A stretch of 64,000 nt of DNA from Lophium mytilinum (GCA_010093605.1 MU004201.1:342289-406288), one strand, 5' to 3'. Shown: positions 23,530 through 37,430, counted from the first letter of the stretch. The notes: generated by a model from the letters alone, not told the origin. Numbers and translations are program-made.

Positions 23530-25790
23530 AATTGGACGCAACTGTTGGAAGCTTAGTAGACACCCTGGGCTCCTCAACTTGCAATTGCTCACACTCGCCA
23601 CCATCATTATAGTTATTCCACGTCTTCTTCGTCAGTGTCTTTGTCGATACTAGTTTCTGTACCAAATCCGTACTCATCTACGAGGCGTTGATGCAACAAG
23701 GCCAAAGATGGTCGGTACAGTGAGGCTTCGCGAGTGCAGCCTAACGGATGATTTACTTCCTTAGCTATTGTGAAGCTCTGCAGGAGGTGCCAAACGTCGG
23801 TCGTCTAATTTCTCGCGCTAAACGCAAGCGGTCCCCCATTCCTAACCGCGTACTGCGATACCAGTAAACCTGAACTTAGTAGAAAGTTCATCTTGGGCGT
23901 TCTAGCAGGGAAGGTTTCTCTGCTTCTCTTGCCTAATTCTAGGTATAGTGCCCTTTAGTTAATAGTAGGTTAAATATCCTTAGACGGGATTACTATTAGT
24001 AAAGGTTGTTCTTCGTTATTAAGTCCCATGGCATTCCAGATTAAGAGTCGGGGAGTTGAGGAGCCATTAAGCCGACGAAATTTGGCAGAGGTAAGCATTA
24101 GGCCTAAGAACATGCCCGTAGCTACTCGTACTTAATAGTACATGTGAACTAGGGGCGTATTTAAAGGCAGATCGGCAAGTGTTTTGGGTGGTCTAGCAGT
24201 TCGCCGAAAGCTCTCTTGCTCCTCTTGCGTCCACTAATACCTACAGAACCTAAAGTCGCCCATTAGATGGTTATTGGCCAGCACTACCACCAGACCGGAA
24301 CCCCTAGTCGCGATAGTAAATCTTGCATACAACTGCTACAGTCTATCTTACCTGCTTGCGCAATACTCTATCATTCAACTGAAGAAGTTTCAATAGCCTA
24401 TAGTTGTGACTCGCCTCTTTCGCATAGTTAATGAGTTCTCTCCCTTTTTAAGACCGCGTACGGGTTGAGAGCTCGTGTCCAGTGCAAGCAAACGCTTTTT
24501 CTTAATGTCCTGGTCCGTCTCGCGGCGAATTGGACGGATACCCAGGCGACGAGGAGTAGGGTTCTCCTAAATTATCTCAAGTACACGCCTCACCCATTAT
24601 TCTTCCCTGTCTATGCGGATCCTATACTTCCTAAACTCATCTATTTTAAAGCTAGCCTCGATGTCTAGTGTCTCATAGAACAGGTCGGGTATGTCTCGCT
24701 CGGGGATGAAAAAAAAGTAGGTTGTGCGGCTAACATGCGGCGTGGACAAGTCAAATTAGTACTAGAGGAAGTGGAAGCTAGTATCTTGCTATTAGCGGTG
24801 GCCCAGAATGCAGGGTAAATATACAATGAACCATTTATATGCCGTAAAGTAGTATCTAACTACATCTTGCCTATGTGCACCGTCCTTTGCACGCTTCTTA
24901 CTGCTTCGCCCGATAGCTACTTTGTATAGCAGAGTATCTGCGTTTCTCTCCCGGCCATCAATCTTGTGTTAAATTAAAGCCTGTCTTCCAGCGCCAGGGG
25001 TCGTCTTAGACTCGAGGACCAGTTTGAAATCGGCAAGCCGAGGCTGCAGCCCAATGAAATTAAATTGTAATCGCATTTTAGAGCTATAATTGTGGGGTTT
25101 CACGCACCGGTATATCTCTATAGCGGCCTTATACGCTGTAAAGTGCTGTGTGTGTTTAGCTGGTGCCATAAGTGCGGCCGAGCGGGTAGTCTGAGGTTTC
25201 CAGTTAGGAAACCCCGCCTAAGTCCAGGGGTTGATATACGGGCCTTTACCCATGGCGCAGCATTGTACTTAATGTATAGCCTCTCCAAGCAGGGAAGCGG
25301 GCATTCGGTATGGAGCACGGCTTAGATCAACTCGATAGGTGGATTGTGGAAGTTTTGAAGAACGACTGAAGCTAATAGCTAGATCTCTATCCTCTTGCGC
25401 TTGTCCTTGGGCCTAATTAGGTATAAGCTTAACAAACGAGGGATCTATAGCGCAAATAGCGACGTAAAAGGCAACGTGTTATCGCTGCTGCAGCCCACTT
25501 ATAAATTGCTGTTCTCCGGCATTCTAAGCTGCAGAACTCTTAACATCAAAGAGGATTAGTTCAAGGCCGTTTACCGTGGCGCGACTCCTCTGTTCTGTAT
25601 ACCACCAGCGCTCTGCATAGCTTATATCTAAAGGGAAATTGTAATCGCACGCCACAGCTCTATCTACCGTCGCGAATTCCCACGATCGAATGGTATGAGG
25701 CAAAGGACGCATAATTGCAAAGATGTGGTGCTCTCCTACGCACCCGCGATTGCCAAGGAAGTTATGATTAAATACGTCGGAAGCTGACAT
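23530..25790 (-). pseudogene. Large hypothetical protein with up to three degenerate PD-(D/E)xK nuclease-like units
   Basis: Mostly one frame from ATG 25790: ACDYNF..LILFDVKSS..KLIPN / RLADFKLV..ALI(Q)HKID..FFFIPERDIP / LMGDFRF..LIVIPSKDI. Confidence 0.35.
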
Positions 25791-26214
25791 TGCGTATGAC
25801 GGGCAGTATGAGGGATGTGGTAATGGCTTCGATTGGGGTTGCTAATAGATGAGGAGGCGGTGTTGGCCGTGCGGCCCGGGCCGTCTAAGTTTCCGACACG
25901 CTGGTACATACATAATTTCTCGTCATTGAGACAGTAGCTAATCCTTGGCGCCGAGTCCTGCTATACCTACTTTGATTTGTATATAAACAGATTTATAAGT
26001 TATGTTAAGGCTGAGCTTGTGATATTTCTGATGAAAAGTGTGGAAGTTGTGAGTAATAATGCTCAGCATTAAGAGCCATTGAGTGGCACAACACGAACAG
26101 CTCTTCACCAAGCAGCTGCACCCACCCCATTTAGCGAGATTAAAATCTCGCGATAATCGGACATCGCTAAATGGGGGGTTGCACACTTCCCTAATCTGTT
26201 TGAAGCCTTACCCT

Positions 26215-26582
26215 TTAGAGGAGTTTTTCGACATACACTTTCTCATGGTCCGAGCGGCTCTCGATAGCCGCAGCGGCTTTCTTCTTCGGGTTCTTGCGGG
26301 CCCTCTTCGGGGTCTCGTTGCCCTGTACGCTGGCATTCTTGCGCTTCTTAGGGGTGCTTGAAGCGGTGGAATCGGCGACCTTAGCTATCGGGGTGCTGTA
26401 AAGTGTATCTAGTTAATACAGTTAGGTTCTTAAATTAGCCTGCTAACTAGCAGCCATGAAGATCTAGGGGCATGTAATGGTCACTTACAGTCGTTTCAGC
26501 GGCGAAGCATTGCCAAGCGAGAGCAGGAGGGCTCGTCTCTTTCCCGTATAGGCTCGACGAGATTGCTGGTTAGAACCCCATG
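26215..26582 (-). pseudogene. Small basic two-exon protein with NLS-like tail
   Basis: Exon 2 reads STPKKRKNASVQGNETPKRARKNPKKKAAAA. GTAAGT donor near 26488. Confidence 0.4.
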
Positions 26583-26749
26583 GAGCCTGGCTTTATAGGT
26601 CTATCTATAGAACCTTACAGGATCCGTGGAGATCCTTACAAGTTCCGTGGAGATCTTTACAAGTTCCGTATATTCTAGAATAGTAAACACTGTTTATAGC
26701 CAAACTCGACCACGCTATAAGTATATTTAGTAATACTGCTTTTGCTGCA

Positions 26750-29130
26750 ACTAATACAAGGATTGCTATAGACACTCCAGGCGATAAGCTGGAGATTGAA
26801 TGCGCCGAGGCCGAGAAAGTTGAAGGGGGAGAATTAATCCGGCAGAAGACTGTATAGACTACTACTAAGCATATAACAGAAGACTTGTGGACTAAAGCCC
26901 GTACGTTATTTAAGTTGCCAGATGACGCGAATACTCGGGGCGTATTAGTTCTTGGGCTGAAGCGGAACCTCTACACCTATTAGGTATTTGCAATTACTTG
27001 GATACTACACCAGAACACAATAACAAGAGGAGGCTTCAACGGAGACAAGCAAGGTCTCGGAAAGAGCGCGGAGATGCTAGTAATGTGTTGGGCGAACGCT
27101 GTACTAGAGGACTGCCGTGTCGAAGTTGACTGGTCGCGGTCAATGGTGGGAATCCGCAGAGCTAATGGCCTGACACACGACGGCAGGCATCTACATAATA
27201 ACGCCAATCCAGGCCTCTAATGCCCAAGCAGTACACGGTGTCCACTGTAATGCGTGTGCGAGCCTTATAGCATCTCCGCCAAGCTGCACTTAATACAGGG
27301 AAATGCTCTGATTATTGTTCCTCCGTCCTTAAAAGGTAACTGGATAAGAGAGTTCCATAAGACGTTTAATAAAGACTGGGCTGGTTACAGAAGTATAAAA
27401 CTTTACGTCGGTCATCGCGACACAAGCGGCTCTAACAAAGACATTAAAAGCCGTTAGTACTAGCTTTGCATAAAGAGCGGACAACTAGAGGCTGGCATTT
27501 GTATTAAGGGATATGGACCAAGAACAGGGCAAACCAGCAACATTTTTATTACAACTCCTCTCTCGTTTAAGAGCTGTGTGCTAGACAAGCTCTGCCGCCA
27601 TATACTATCCGCCAGGACTAAAGAGCCTAGAGAGGCCCCAGGGGTTCATGTATAGTTTGGGATTATTAGGGTTAATAAAGCCTACACGGAAAGGCTACCT
27701 ACGTTAAATCTCTTTCAATGAGTGTTGAAAGCATCTTACATTAACCCTGCCACACGGCCTATCATGTGGGCGCTCTTAGGAACGCCATAGGAAAAGGGAC
27801 CAGATGACATGATTGAGTACGTTGAATTTTAGGAGTAGCAGTGGGACCTTAAAGCTAAAAGGAGTCTAGTACCTTAAGAGATATAGAGTGTCTAAGCTGC
27901 ATGCTCTAGCAATGTTTTCGGTAATATCTAGAGAAATTTCGACCGGATTATTGCCGATTATGAGGACAGTCCGAAGATAAGACGATCGCGCCAGCAGTAC
28001 GAAGGCCAGATTAATGTTTAGGCTGAGCAATGGGCTAATATACTTAGTCTTATCATAATTCGTTAAACAATAGAGACGGCGAGCTTTCGGACCAGCGGCA
28101 AAGACGGTAAAGGCGGTAAAGGATAGAAGCCTCTCATACCGCTCCCTCGCCTGAGAGAGCAGTCTCGGCACTACTACCTACACCTAACGGACCGGCTAGA
28201 GGTCTAAGTAGGTATTGACTACATAGCAGCACAAGTGCGGGTAGCTTACCTAGCAAGCCTAAGAGAGTGGGAGCGCTAAGGTAAGAAGGGGGACCCACCA
28301 GGTTATCCAACGGGCAAATTTGCCAGCCTAACCTACTAATGGCGCCCAGTCTTTAGTTTTCTAGTACTGGGACGACTACAGAGGGATAGGCATCTTGAAT
28401 GTGGATTAACGGGGGGGGTAATTAAGGAAAAGCAGTGGTATCTACATAACTCTGGCTCACCATTTAAGAAGTTTGCCCGAGAGATTGCAGCTTCAAGCCC
28501 TAAGACACAGGAAATACTACGTATTATAGAAGACATAGATAGAGAAGACGTGGAGTCTGCCCTAGACCGATAGAAACGGAAGGCTACTGCAATCTCAACC
28601 GGCGTTCCCGATATGCTTGAAGATTATCTTCAGCAGCTGGTAATTCTTACATCCTTTCCAGCAGCGGCAGTATCGCTCTATAAGCAGATACGGCTGGCAT
28701 GTCCGCACCGTGGAATCCAGCTATTTAGGACATGGCTTAGGGATTTCGAGCGAAAAGCTATAGTTGATGGGTTTTAGAAGGAGCGGCTGTACAAAGTGGA
28801 CGGGAATGTATTGCGGGACGGACACGGCAACATTAGATATAGGGAAAATTCCACGCCAACAATACTAATTGGGACAATCAGCACTCTTAGTGTTGGACAT
28901 ACCCTTCATCGAGCGCGGCGGATTATTATTCTTGAGCCACAGCTGTCCTACAGTGCTATTTACAGGCTATCAAACGTATCCACCGAATAGGGCAGAAATT
29001 TGACTGTATATCCTACTTGATGCAGTCGGCGGATAACCCGCTAGAGGTGGCTGCTATTAGTAGTAACGCGCTAGACGCGTTCTTAGCATAAGCAGTAGGT
29101 CAGGTTGAGCAGCCCAAACTAAGTCTGTGA
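26750..29130 (+). pseudogene. SNF2-family (SF2) helicase-like ATPase
   Basis: Motif I GGFNGDKQGLGKS (~27030-27065); Ia LIIVPPSLKGNWIREF; II DEAH RIP-converted to NKAY (aat aaa gcc tac, ~27674); III ALLGTP; V LSVGHTLHRARRIIILEP; VI QAIKRIHRIGQ (~28963-28995). Confidence 0.9.
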
Positions 29131-29299
29131 GGCGGGATGTGGAGAGTATGGTAGTTAATTAAGAATTTGGTAAGCGATGTTCGCCGCCGATAGATTAATG
29201 ACGACCAAAACCCCAACTTAGAAGCAAGATTCTGTTAAGCAGCTAGTACCTATGTCCGTGGCTATATAGTAAAATGTAATTCTTAATGAAAGACATTAT

Positions 29300-30180
29300 A
29301 CATGATTTTACAGCGACAATGACTACATACTATCTTACCGTCTTTTCCAGCCCGAAACACCGGCGGACCGTCTTAGCATTAGCTGCATCTTTCCGGCAGG
29401 ACACGTCTGCTCCTGCACCGGCTCTTTATAACAACAGCCTATATGGCCTAGAACTCTCCCTCTTTATGCTTAACTGGAAGTCCTCTATAAATCTTCGAAC
29501 CGTTAACCGCTCCGGAGCAACACCGCCTTCCAATTCTCTAGTCTTGACCTCTACAAGAAACTTGCAGTCTTAGCCAGAGCAATGGTTTATCGTCCACGCT
29601 ATTAAGCTAAGCAGAATACTACTTGCGTAGACTCTAATTATACCCACACTCTAAGCCATTAGAGGCTATCTTATAGAACGGGTCACATTAGCAGTTGCAA
29701 CAGCTTAGTTATTGCACGGGGGACACTTTACAAGCAGTTCACTCGGCCTTGTTTAGGAGCTTTTAGTGCGGTCTATGGAAGCCGTTGCGCATTTTATAGA
29801 AGCCATCGGGCCACTTCATGCAGTCATTAACATGCATCTTAATTAACTCGTCCGACCAACCATCAATAAAACCCCCGCGACTGTCCTTATAATTCTTCCC
29901 ATATTCGCGGCCTTCTACATCTTAGAAAAGGTAATTCGTTGCCGTTAAATACACGCATATAGTCAGGAGATGGCGCTTTAAGGAAGTATGACGGAGGTGC
30001 CGATGGGGTGGAAAAGGACGCGGATTAATGGGGCTCGTAGGTATTTACGATTGTCGATTTCTTGAAGGTTAATGGGCATGTGTACTGGGAAGGCGTTTCG
30101 TCCTTGTTGAGTACGCGCGTGTTAGGGAGGCATATCGGAGAGGTAGTGCTGTAGGGATTCATAGTTGTTAATTTTATGAA
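29300..30180 (-). pseudogene. Cys-rich (Zn-binding) hypothetical protein
   Basis: Read-through ends in ERCS*C*DGPPVFRAGKDGKIVCSHCRCKIM, with further CxxC pairs upstream. Confidence 0.35.
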
Positions 30181-30749
30181 TGTTGATAGCTTGTATTTAT
30201 AACTGCCGCATCTTTCCATGACCCCTAATTCATATACTTTCTAAGTAAGTAGTACTAACCTGTAATATGTACTGTAAACTGCAGGCATAGAAAATTAATA
30301 AACAGCAAGCTACAGTAGAGAGGGCTAGTATCGTCGGCAAGCTTGGGACTACTGAGTTTTCCGAGCAAATTCAGTCACGTGATATGATCTTCATGGCAAG
30401 TTCCGTACCCCTCGAAATAGTAAGACGCCGCTACACTGCTCTTGACAGGCTATCTTAAGTATAATTTTTCAGCGTATTAGGTCAACGCCAGCGACTTGAA
30501 TTATACCGTACCGTTTTCCACCCCTGAGCGAGAATCACCCACCACCGAGAACTTAGTATGTAGTAATTTTGATGGAGCGAGCCGCTAGACTAAATACTGC
30601 TTAAGCGAGACCCTAGAATGTATAAACCCTTCCTTCTCTTCCATCCATCTCTATTATTTCCCCTGCTAGCTAGCGCTAGGAATGCTCATCTGCACGCGCT
30701 CAACGCATATTATTGCTGCAGCCTAATCATCTTAGGCGTTCTTGCAGGG

Positions 30750-31900
30750 TGTAGAATGGACTTAGCTACGTTGAAGCGAGGTTATATGTACTTAGGCGCA
30801 AGACTAAAGCGCCGATGAATGTAATCACGCTGTTGCTACTACTCTAAGAGATAGACCCGAGCTATAGCTCAAGGTAGAAAACGACAGCGACAATTACCTA
30901 AGCATCCATCGCTCACTGGAAATGAAAGCTGCGTTGAAGGAATAGGTGGATGGTTCATTTACTAGATCTGTCTTACTTTGCCTTAGAGAATCCATAAAGC
31001 AATTGTAGCATTAAACAGAAGCTATAGATTCCTTAAGAATATTAACGCCCTATTTATAAGTGGGTCTTCTCCGCTCACTGCTCTCCGCCACCTCCCATCT
31101 TTGCGCAGACCTAACTCTCTGCAAGACCACTTTATTATGCGTACTAAACTTCTTATTATGTTTATTATCGTCTTGGCCGGTAAATCCTTTTCTAAAGTAA
31201 TGGACCAGTTTAATAAAGCTACTCACCCTAGAGCTATTTGCGGATACCTTAGTATAGTGTTGACTGACCTGGAAAACATTATGCGCAAAGTCAACTAGGC
31301 TCTCACCAGCACGCCCAGCCGTCCCCTCTCGCTATTTAGGACGGTAATTCGAAGTCGTTTACCTAATTCGCTTGGAAGATTGTGTTAGTTACTTGGCCGC
31401 TCTATTATTGCTTGCAGGAATACGTCCGCACTGGTGTATCCCGCGTTGGATGCGATACACTGGGTCATATCCTTTGTACTCAGACTGCTCGAATGGGCCC
31501 TGGGTCTATTGGTAGCTGCAAGCATCCAGCGTGTAGTTATAGTCCTTCTCCCGTATATTGCGCTTAAGCTTGTTTTTTGGGGTTCTTTCATGCCTGCTTT
31601 GGGTAATCTGTCTACCATTTCGCCTCTGTCGAGCCGTCTACCGGGCCGTCTACTGAAACTTGAACTCGGAGAGCTTAAAGTCGCGCTATCAAGAACGGGC
31701 ATGGAGCATGTACGGACGACTAATAGTTATAGGTGTTGGGAGAGATTCTTTTTTCCACCAAGCGGGGCCCATGTAACCGAAAGAATGTAGTTGAAATGCC
31801 AAGTTCTATCGCCATCTTAATGTTCCGTAGGTTACGCTTAAGCTCGTTCTGTGGATAATTTCGTGGATCCTTTTCGCAATCTGCATTCCGTTTTGTCTTC
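30750..31900 (+). pseudogene. Hypothetical protein with hydrophobic segment
   Basis: ORFs 31101-31298 and 31434-31790 are in the same frame, separated by TAG stops. Confidence 0.35.
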
Positions 31901-32299
31901 TCTAAGGTTTACCTAGCGGACTTAGACAACCTGAACTCGCGTCAGTTGAGGATGTAGAAGGAGCTTGGAATGCCCCTAGTGTTTTTAAGGGTATCGGCGC
32001 CCGAGGAGGGCTGGTATGTCACTAAATTAGTAGCGGTAGAGTAGTGATTGGAATGACAAACTCTATTAGTATCTTCGCGCGCAAATACTTCTGATCTGTA
32101 TCAGCCTCTCTGACCTCTTCCCTCCTTCCCTAGCTCTATCTGTATTCTATAGACATCAAATTTAAGTATATTAGCGTTTAGGAATATCTAGTCTACAAAA
32201 CCCTAATGCGCCTTTAGCATATCCATTATTCTTATAAGTGTGACGGCCTATGGATCATTAAGATACCTCCTTATTTTCTGCTATTCCCTTCTGCTCTAG

Positions 32300-33850
32300 A
32301 AGTCGTGGCTCCCACTGCGTTAGTAGGTTGTACCACTTTTAAAGACCGAGGTGATCTGGCCCTCTACCGCAACGTGCGGTCCCCCGCCTGTCTGGATTCT
32401 TCTAAATCTCCTTAAAGAGTTCCCGCAGTTTTTTGAATACCTCTGTCGAAGAGTCGAAGCCGTTCTTAAGGTTAAGCGTGTGAGCGCGTTCTCGAGAGGC
32501 TCGAATGCCTATCTCGTTGCGTCTGTCTATTACAAACAGGAGGCCATATTCTCGCGATGTAGGATGCTTGTTCAAAACACTCTAATCGACATAGATAATC
32601 TGCAGCGGCCCGCTCCAGTACTCTACATCCTCTGGTTTTCTACTAATTTCTTAAGTCTCTATTAAATTTATACGAAGTCTGGACGTTCTAGGGGCGATTA
32701 ATCTAGCCCTAACCAGGTGTACAGGTATTAAGAGGACTAATTTATCGCTACACGGAGTATACATGTTAGTATGTAAGAATCTTGTAAAAATAAGGGAGCT
32801 TGGCCTACTTTATCCACTTAAATTTACCTTCCAGTATTGCACAGCTTGCTATCTATCTTTCCACTGTGTCTTTACTCTATTCTTTTATGTAATTGTCGTT
32901 TGAATCTTGCTGCGCCATAAGTAAGCAGGATTTGCTGGCCCATTTTTGAAAATGGTAACTTTCCACTAGTACTGGTACCGCCCTTAAAATATAGATGAGT
33001 ACTAGTAAGTAATAGAAGAGAAGGATATAAAACCTACGATGGGTACTATCTTGGCTATCTTGTCCGCTGCTATATAGGGCAGCACTATTTAGAGATGTTG
33101 CTATGCATGGCATATAATAAAATGCCCGACGGTTTAAAAAGCTTCCTTCTCGGCCTGTCATCCAAGCGCTATGGATCACCTTCTTAAATTTTGTCGCCCT
33201 TTCTGCATCAAGCTCATCTTTCAATGCTCCCTGGAATAATCGGTCTATTTAAGTCGATAGAGCAAGATGCCTGCAAAGGTCCTTCAAATTGCTTTTAGTA
33301 TTTGTAGCGTCCTTTATTCCTGGGACGCTTCGGCGAAATTTAAGAATGTGAAGAAGGGTAGCATAATACTGCTGGTCTTGTAGAAAGTTTAATGCAACCT
33401 CTAAGAACTTGTTCGTGCACTCCTTAGCTTTCTTTAAGCATGCTTGGCACTTCTTTTTACTGGCTGTAATTCTGCACTAATTTTGTAAAACGTCCCGTAG
33501 ACACTAGTCGCAAGGGCAGAATAGGTTTAGAACCCTTAGATTCATCTTGGCCTAAATATGTGTAAGCCTCTTGTCTATAAATGCTGTGACCCTCTTACTA
33601 GGCTTAATAGAGAGTGGCGCTCTTCTCCGCTTCTTGCTAGGTCCCTTTAGTTTAGACTAATTCTCTTCTTTTAGTCTGAAAGATGATAGAGCTTGAAAGG
33701 ATAATGTGGATTAAATTTAACGCAGGCAGCATACAGTAGAGAGCGGCATGTAGTCGTGATAGATAGATATAGGCATTAGAGCAAGCTACGAAGCTAATAG
33801 CTATATAAATCACTAGATCAGCGAATGGGATAACGGACAACCCCTGTGGA
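32300..33850 (-). pseudogene. Multi-exon protein with N-terminal basic patch and Cys cluster
   Basis: SKKRRR followed by CPCD*CLRDVLQN*CRITASKKKCQACLKKAKEC (Zn-cluster-like spacing), in frame with ORF 32877-33224. Confidence 0.35.
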
Positions 33851-34252
33851 TTTAGAATTGTGTGCGAGGTCGCATGCTCCTGCTAAACCGCACTGCCGTG
33901 CAACGCATTTTGAATCATGTTTGATTCTATGCTGGTAAAAACGATAACCCTCTGCACGTGTTTGCGATCGTTTTTAGGAGTTTGTCGAGGCAGATTGTTT
34001 AAATAAGCTTGTTCGATAAATTAATAGCAAATCAATTACTTCTAACGTTTGATTGCCTACTTCTTGGATTGATTGATTGCCGTATTCACAAATTTAAAGG
34101 CTAGAGACCAGCTAGCTACTCGCGCTCCTTGTACGCATACTCTATCGCTTCATTCTTATATGCACACGAACTTAAAGTAATCGCATTCGAGCACATAGAA
34201 GAGCTATTGTTGGCTTAAGTTTATAGTTTCTGTGAGACCCTAGCATCCGAAG

Positions 34253-35145
34253 ATGTCTTCTGAAGACTAGCCTGATTAGAATTACACAAAACAACTATGG
34301 GTGCGAGATCGCGTTACCGCAGCCTATTCTTTCTGGATTGGCAAAATTCCACTTGCTGCGAATGCGAAGCCGGCGGAGCACTCCTCTTCCTAGAGATCGA
34401 TGGCCAACATCCTTGCGGTCAAGGGTGGTATACCACTCACAATTGGACTAACGAGGAGAAATGGAACTAGAGAAGTTACTGAAAGCTTCTAATACCCTTG
34501 GATCCTGCTAAAGACCTACATGACTGGATGACGAAGAAAGGTGTGCTTCTCCGGCTAGAGGCTTAAATGAAAGATTCCGATTTAGTATCGCTTTGTTTTC
34601 GTTATAGCCCTGGGCAAGTTCTCGCAGTAGAAAGACCCCTAAAATCTCTACCGTTACTTGTATCTCCACATTTCTTTTTCTTCCTTAGCAATTGCGACAC
34701 CTAAAGGTACTGCGAATCCGGCGGAAAAAAGCCTCCATTCTACTGTATCCCACACACTGAAATTGAGCTCAAAGACGGAAACAATACACGCAGTGACACT
34801 TGGGTTGGAGATCTCTACAAATTATTCTTTTCCGGTTTCTTATTTAATATAGAGACTGGCATACTTAAAACAGGCGTTTATAAGGGCTGCTATAAGCTTC
34901 GGGGCTATAAAACGGCGCTCGGTCTGCTTAATAGGACCCTGGAAGGTCGCAGCGAGATAATAATGGAAACTACGAATTTTCGGACACTCATTAAGGTCTT
35001 AAATTACTTGGTAACCTGCCAAGACCTTGCTCGGGCCTGTACAGCCGTCGGTATCCTAGGGAATCCTACCCCAAAGGCTGGAGAGGTAGAAGGAGAAGGC
35101 GAAACCGCACGCCCAAAGGTCGCAAAAGGTAGAGAAGAATGCTAG
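34253..35145 (+). pseudogene. Degenerate hypothetical gene
   Basis: Long read-through frame ending in ORF 34963-35145. Confidence 0.3.
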
Positions 35146-36129
35146 GAGTAAGGGGTAGTGTTGGCTAGAAGTGTAGTTTTATAGGAATAGACTGTATATA
35201 TAACCCGGAGAGGGCATTACATGTATCTACTTATAATCTCAGGGCTCTACGTCCACATTAATACACGTACCAGCTCCTATTATTATAGGTTGTGAATGCT
35301 AAATGCGTGAACTTTCACCTGTATTTACAAGGTCGAGGCTATATCTCTGCGTTGGCCCTACAATACGCAGGGTTCTAGACAACACCACGAGGAGGTTAGA
35401 GGCCAATTTTATTATCTGTTTACAGACATTAATATACTATTATGTACAGCTCAGCACGGTGCATCTAGGCTTAGCAACCGTGCGTGGACCCTAGCGTGCG
35501 AAGGGATAGTTCTCCTTGCTCCTAGGGCTGTGAACAAGATCAGATAGCGGCGTTAAGTGGCGCGCTCGAGATTTTCGTGTAGATGTGGGCCTTAGAACTT
35601 GAGGCATAATTTAGCCTTGAAATGAGTAAATTTAGTTGCGAATTGATGTTGTGTAGTTTATCTAATATTAATTTATAAGAATCGAATTAGGGGCTACTGT
35701 ATACTCTGGCAATAGTAAGACGCCAGGCTTGGCACGCTTCAAGGGGGGTGCAAGGGGGGTGATCGGCAGGTAACGTAGTGTAGTTTAGTGTATAGATAAT
35801 GGATAAGAATATCACATTAGATTTTCGCGAGTCTCCTTATCACCCGTTTCCACGCCCACAACCTTACTACTAAAACGTCGCTTTTTGATTGTATATATAT
35901 AATAAGAGTTGTAGAGCTCGCGATTTCCTATTAATCGCGCTTGGAATTACGAAAATCGGATTAAAATTGAGACGTAGATAATTTTCGGTGTAATCTCCCT
36001 GGGGTGAACGTGCGGGTAGCTAATAATCATAAACAATAACAAACCCCCTTTTTTTAACTTACCTCCATCACTTTACTATAACTTCCTTAATACTTATCAC
36101 TATACCAAGTCCTTTTGTTCTGTGATACA

Positions 36130-36710
36130 ATGCCTCTCCAAGAACTAGATCTAAACGTTGTTTCCGGCCGATCTCTAAAGCGACCGGAGAAATCAATCAC
36201 TCAACGAATGGGACGAAAAAGATGGAATTAGACGCTAGGAAACTTACTAAGAGATCTACGCCTAACAAACGAAAGCTTACGTCGTATTCTATCACCAAGA
36301 AGCTCTAGGTTCTTACCTGGTGGCACTAAACCCGGATAGAAATTAAACCTCACGAGAGGAACTATATATTTCCGGGTTCACTTCTCTACACACGGAATTG
36401 TAACCTACGGAAACCAAAGTTTAATAAGGCAGAAGCCTTCTGGAAGATTGCTAGGGTAGATATAGCTAGATGGTCGTTGCAGAAGGATTTACTCGTATAA
36501 AGCCTCCGTTCTGGCCGCAGACTAGCTTATGTGGACTACTCTTGTAGATAGAAAGAACTCGAAGAAAGGTTGTATATAGAGTTTGCAACTGCGCGATTAA
36601 GGCGCCAACAAATTTGCCTTCATTAGTTCCGCAGGCGCTCAACGGAGCTCTTCAAAGAGGTCTATCCTAATGAGGAAGAGAAGTTAATTCTACTAATGGA
36701 ATCTGACTAA
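36130..36710 (+). pseudogene. pogo/CENP-B-type HTH DNA-binding region (transposase N-terminus, no DDE domain seen)
   Basis: KRKLTSYSITKKL*VLTW ... DIARW ... (W)KELEERLYIEFATARLRRQQICLH*FRRRSTELFKEVYP. Confidence 0.5.
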
Positions 36711-36940
36711 GATTGAGCGTGCTGTTAGCCCGCATGCACGCCGTTAATCTATCCAAAGCACGTAACTATTGCTCAATAATTGGCCGAGTTACTGCTCTCT
36801 AGCAGATTCATGGCAAGACTGCGCGCAGCCGTTCCGCAGACTTCCCGTTTTGTGTAGTCTATCACGAAAAAACTTACAACTCATTTAAATTTTCATCAAC
36901 CTTGTTCATTTCTGGACTAAATTGACCGCATTTGTCTAAT

Positions 36941-37430
36941 CTATTCACTGTCCAAAGCAGAACTCCACGCGACCGTTGTGGATGTAGGAATCTGTGCCTT
37001 GGAACTCGGTAAAATATGCACCACCATTGTACCAAACTTCATCTTCCGCTTAACACCCAGGCGACTGTCTAGACGCTTGTAGTCTCTGCCTAGGCGTGTT
37101 ACACGTCCAACAACACGCCTGCCAGCGCGCAGGCGCGTGTTAATAGGCACGCGATTCTCTTCCTTCACCCAACCTCGGTGTCGTCCCTTAGCATCTTAGA
37201 GAGAGATCCCGGGACCTCTAGATGCATTATATGTCTAATCTGTAGGCTGACGATAGATAAGGACATACTCCTCATCTATTTTAAAGCGTGGAGAATCGAT
37301 ATAGTTATATGTAGCATCTACAAGATAAGAATTAGTAAAGTGATGCATGAGAAAAGTAGAAAAAACACGTACGAACTGCCTCAAATTCCCCCAAGGCGAT
37401 TGGGGCTTCATTCACGGTTGCATAGGCCAT
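36941..37430 (-). pseudogene. Small protein with HIRAN-like signature
   Basis: YVLIYRQPTD*TYNASRGPGISL*DAKGRHRGWVKEENRVPINTRLRAGRRVVGRV; GTACGT intron ~37323-37371. Confidence 0.3.

Noticed and set aside
26490..26585. Histone H3 tail-like peptide (NQQSRRAYTGKR)
   Set aside because: Out of frame with the ATG and not followed by a histone fold.
6760..26670. Short local duplications (24 bp at ~6750-6797, 15 bp at 11583-11619, 21 bp at 26620-26668)
   Set aside because: Two to three copies each, consistent with ordinary slippage.
35588..36930. Weak inverted similarity (35588-35660 vs 36870-36925) as pogo TIRs
   Set aside because: Identity too low and no TSD could be fixed.
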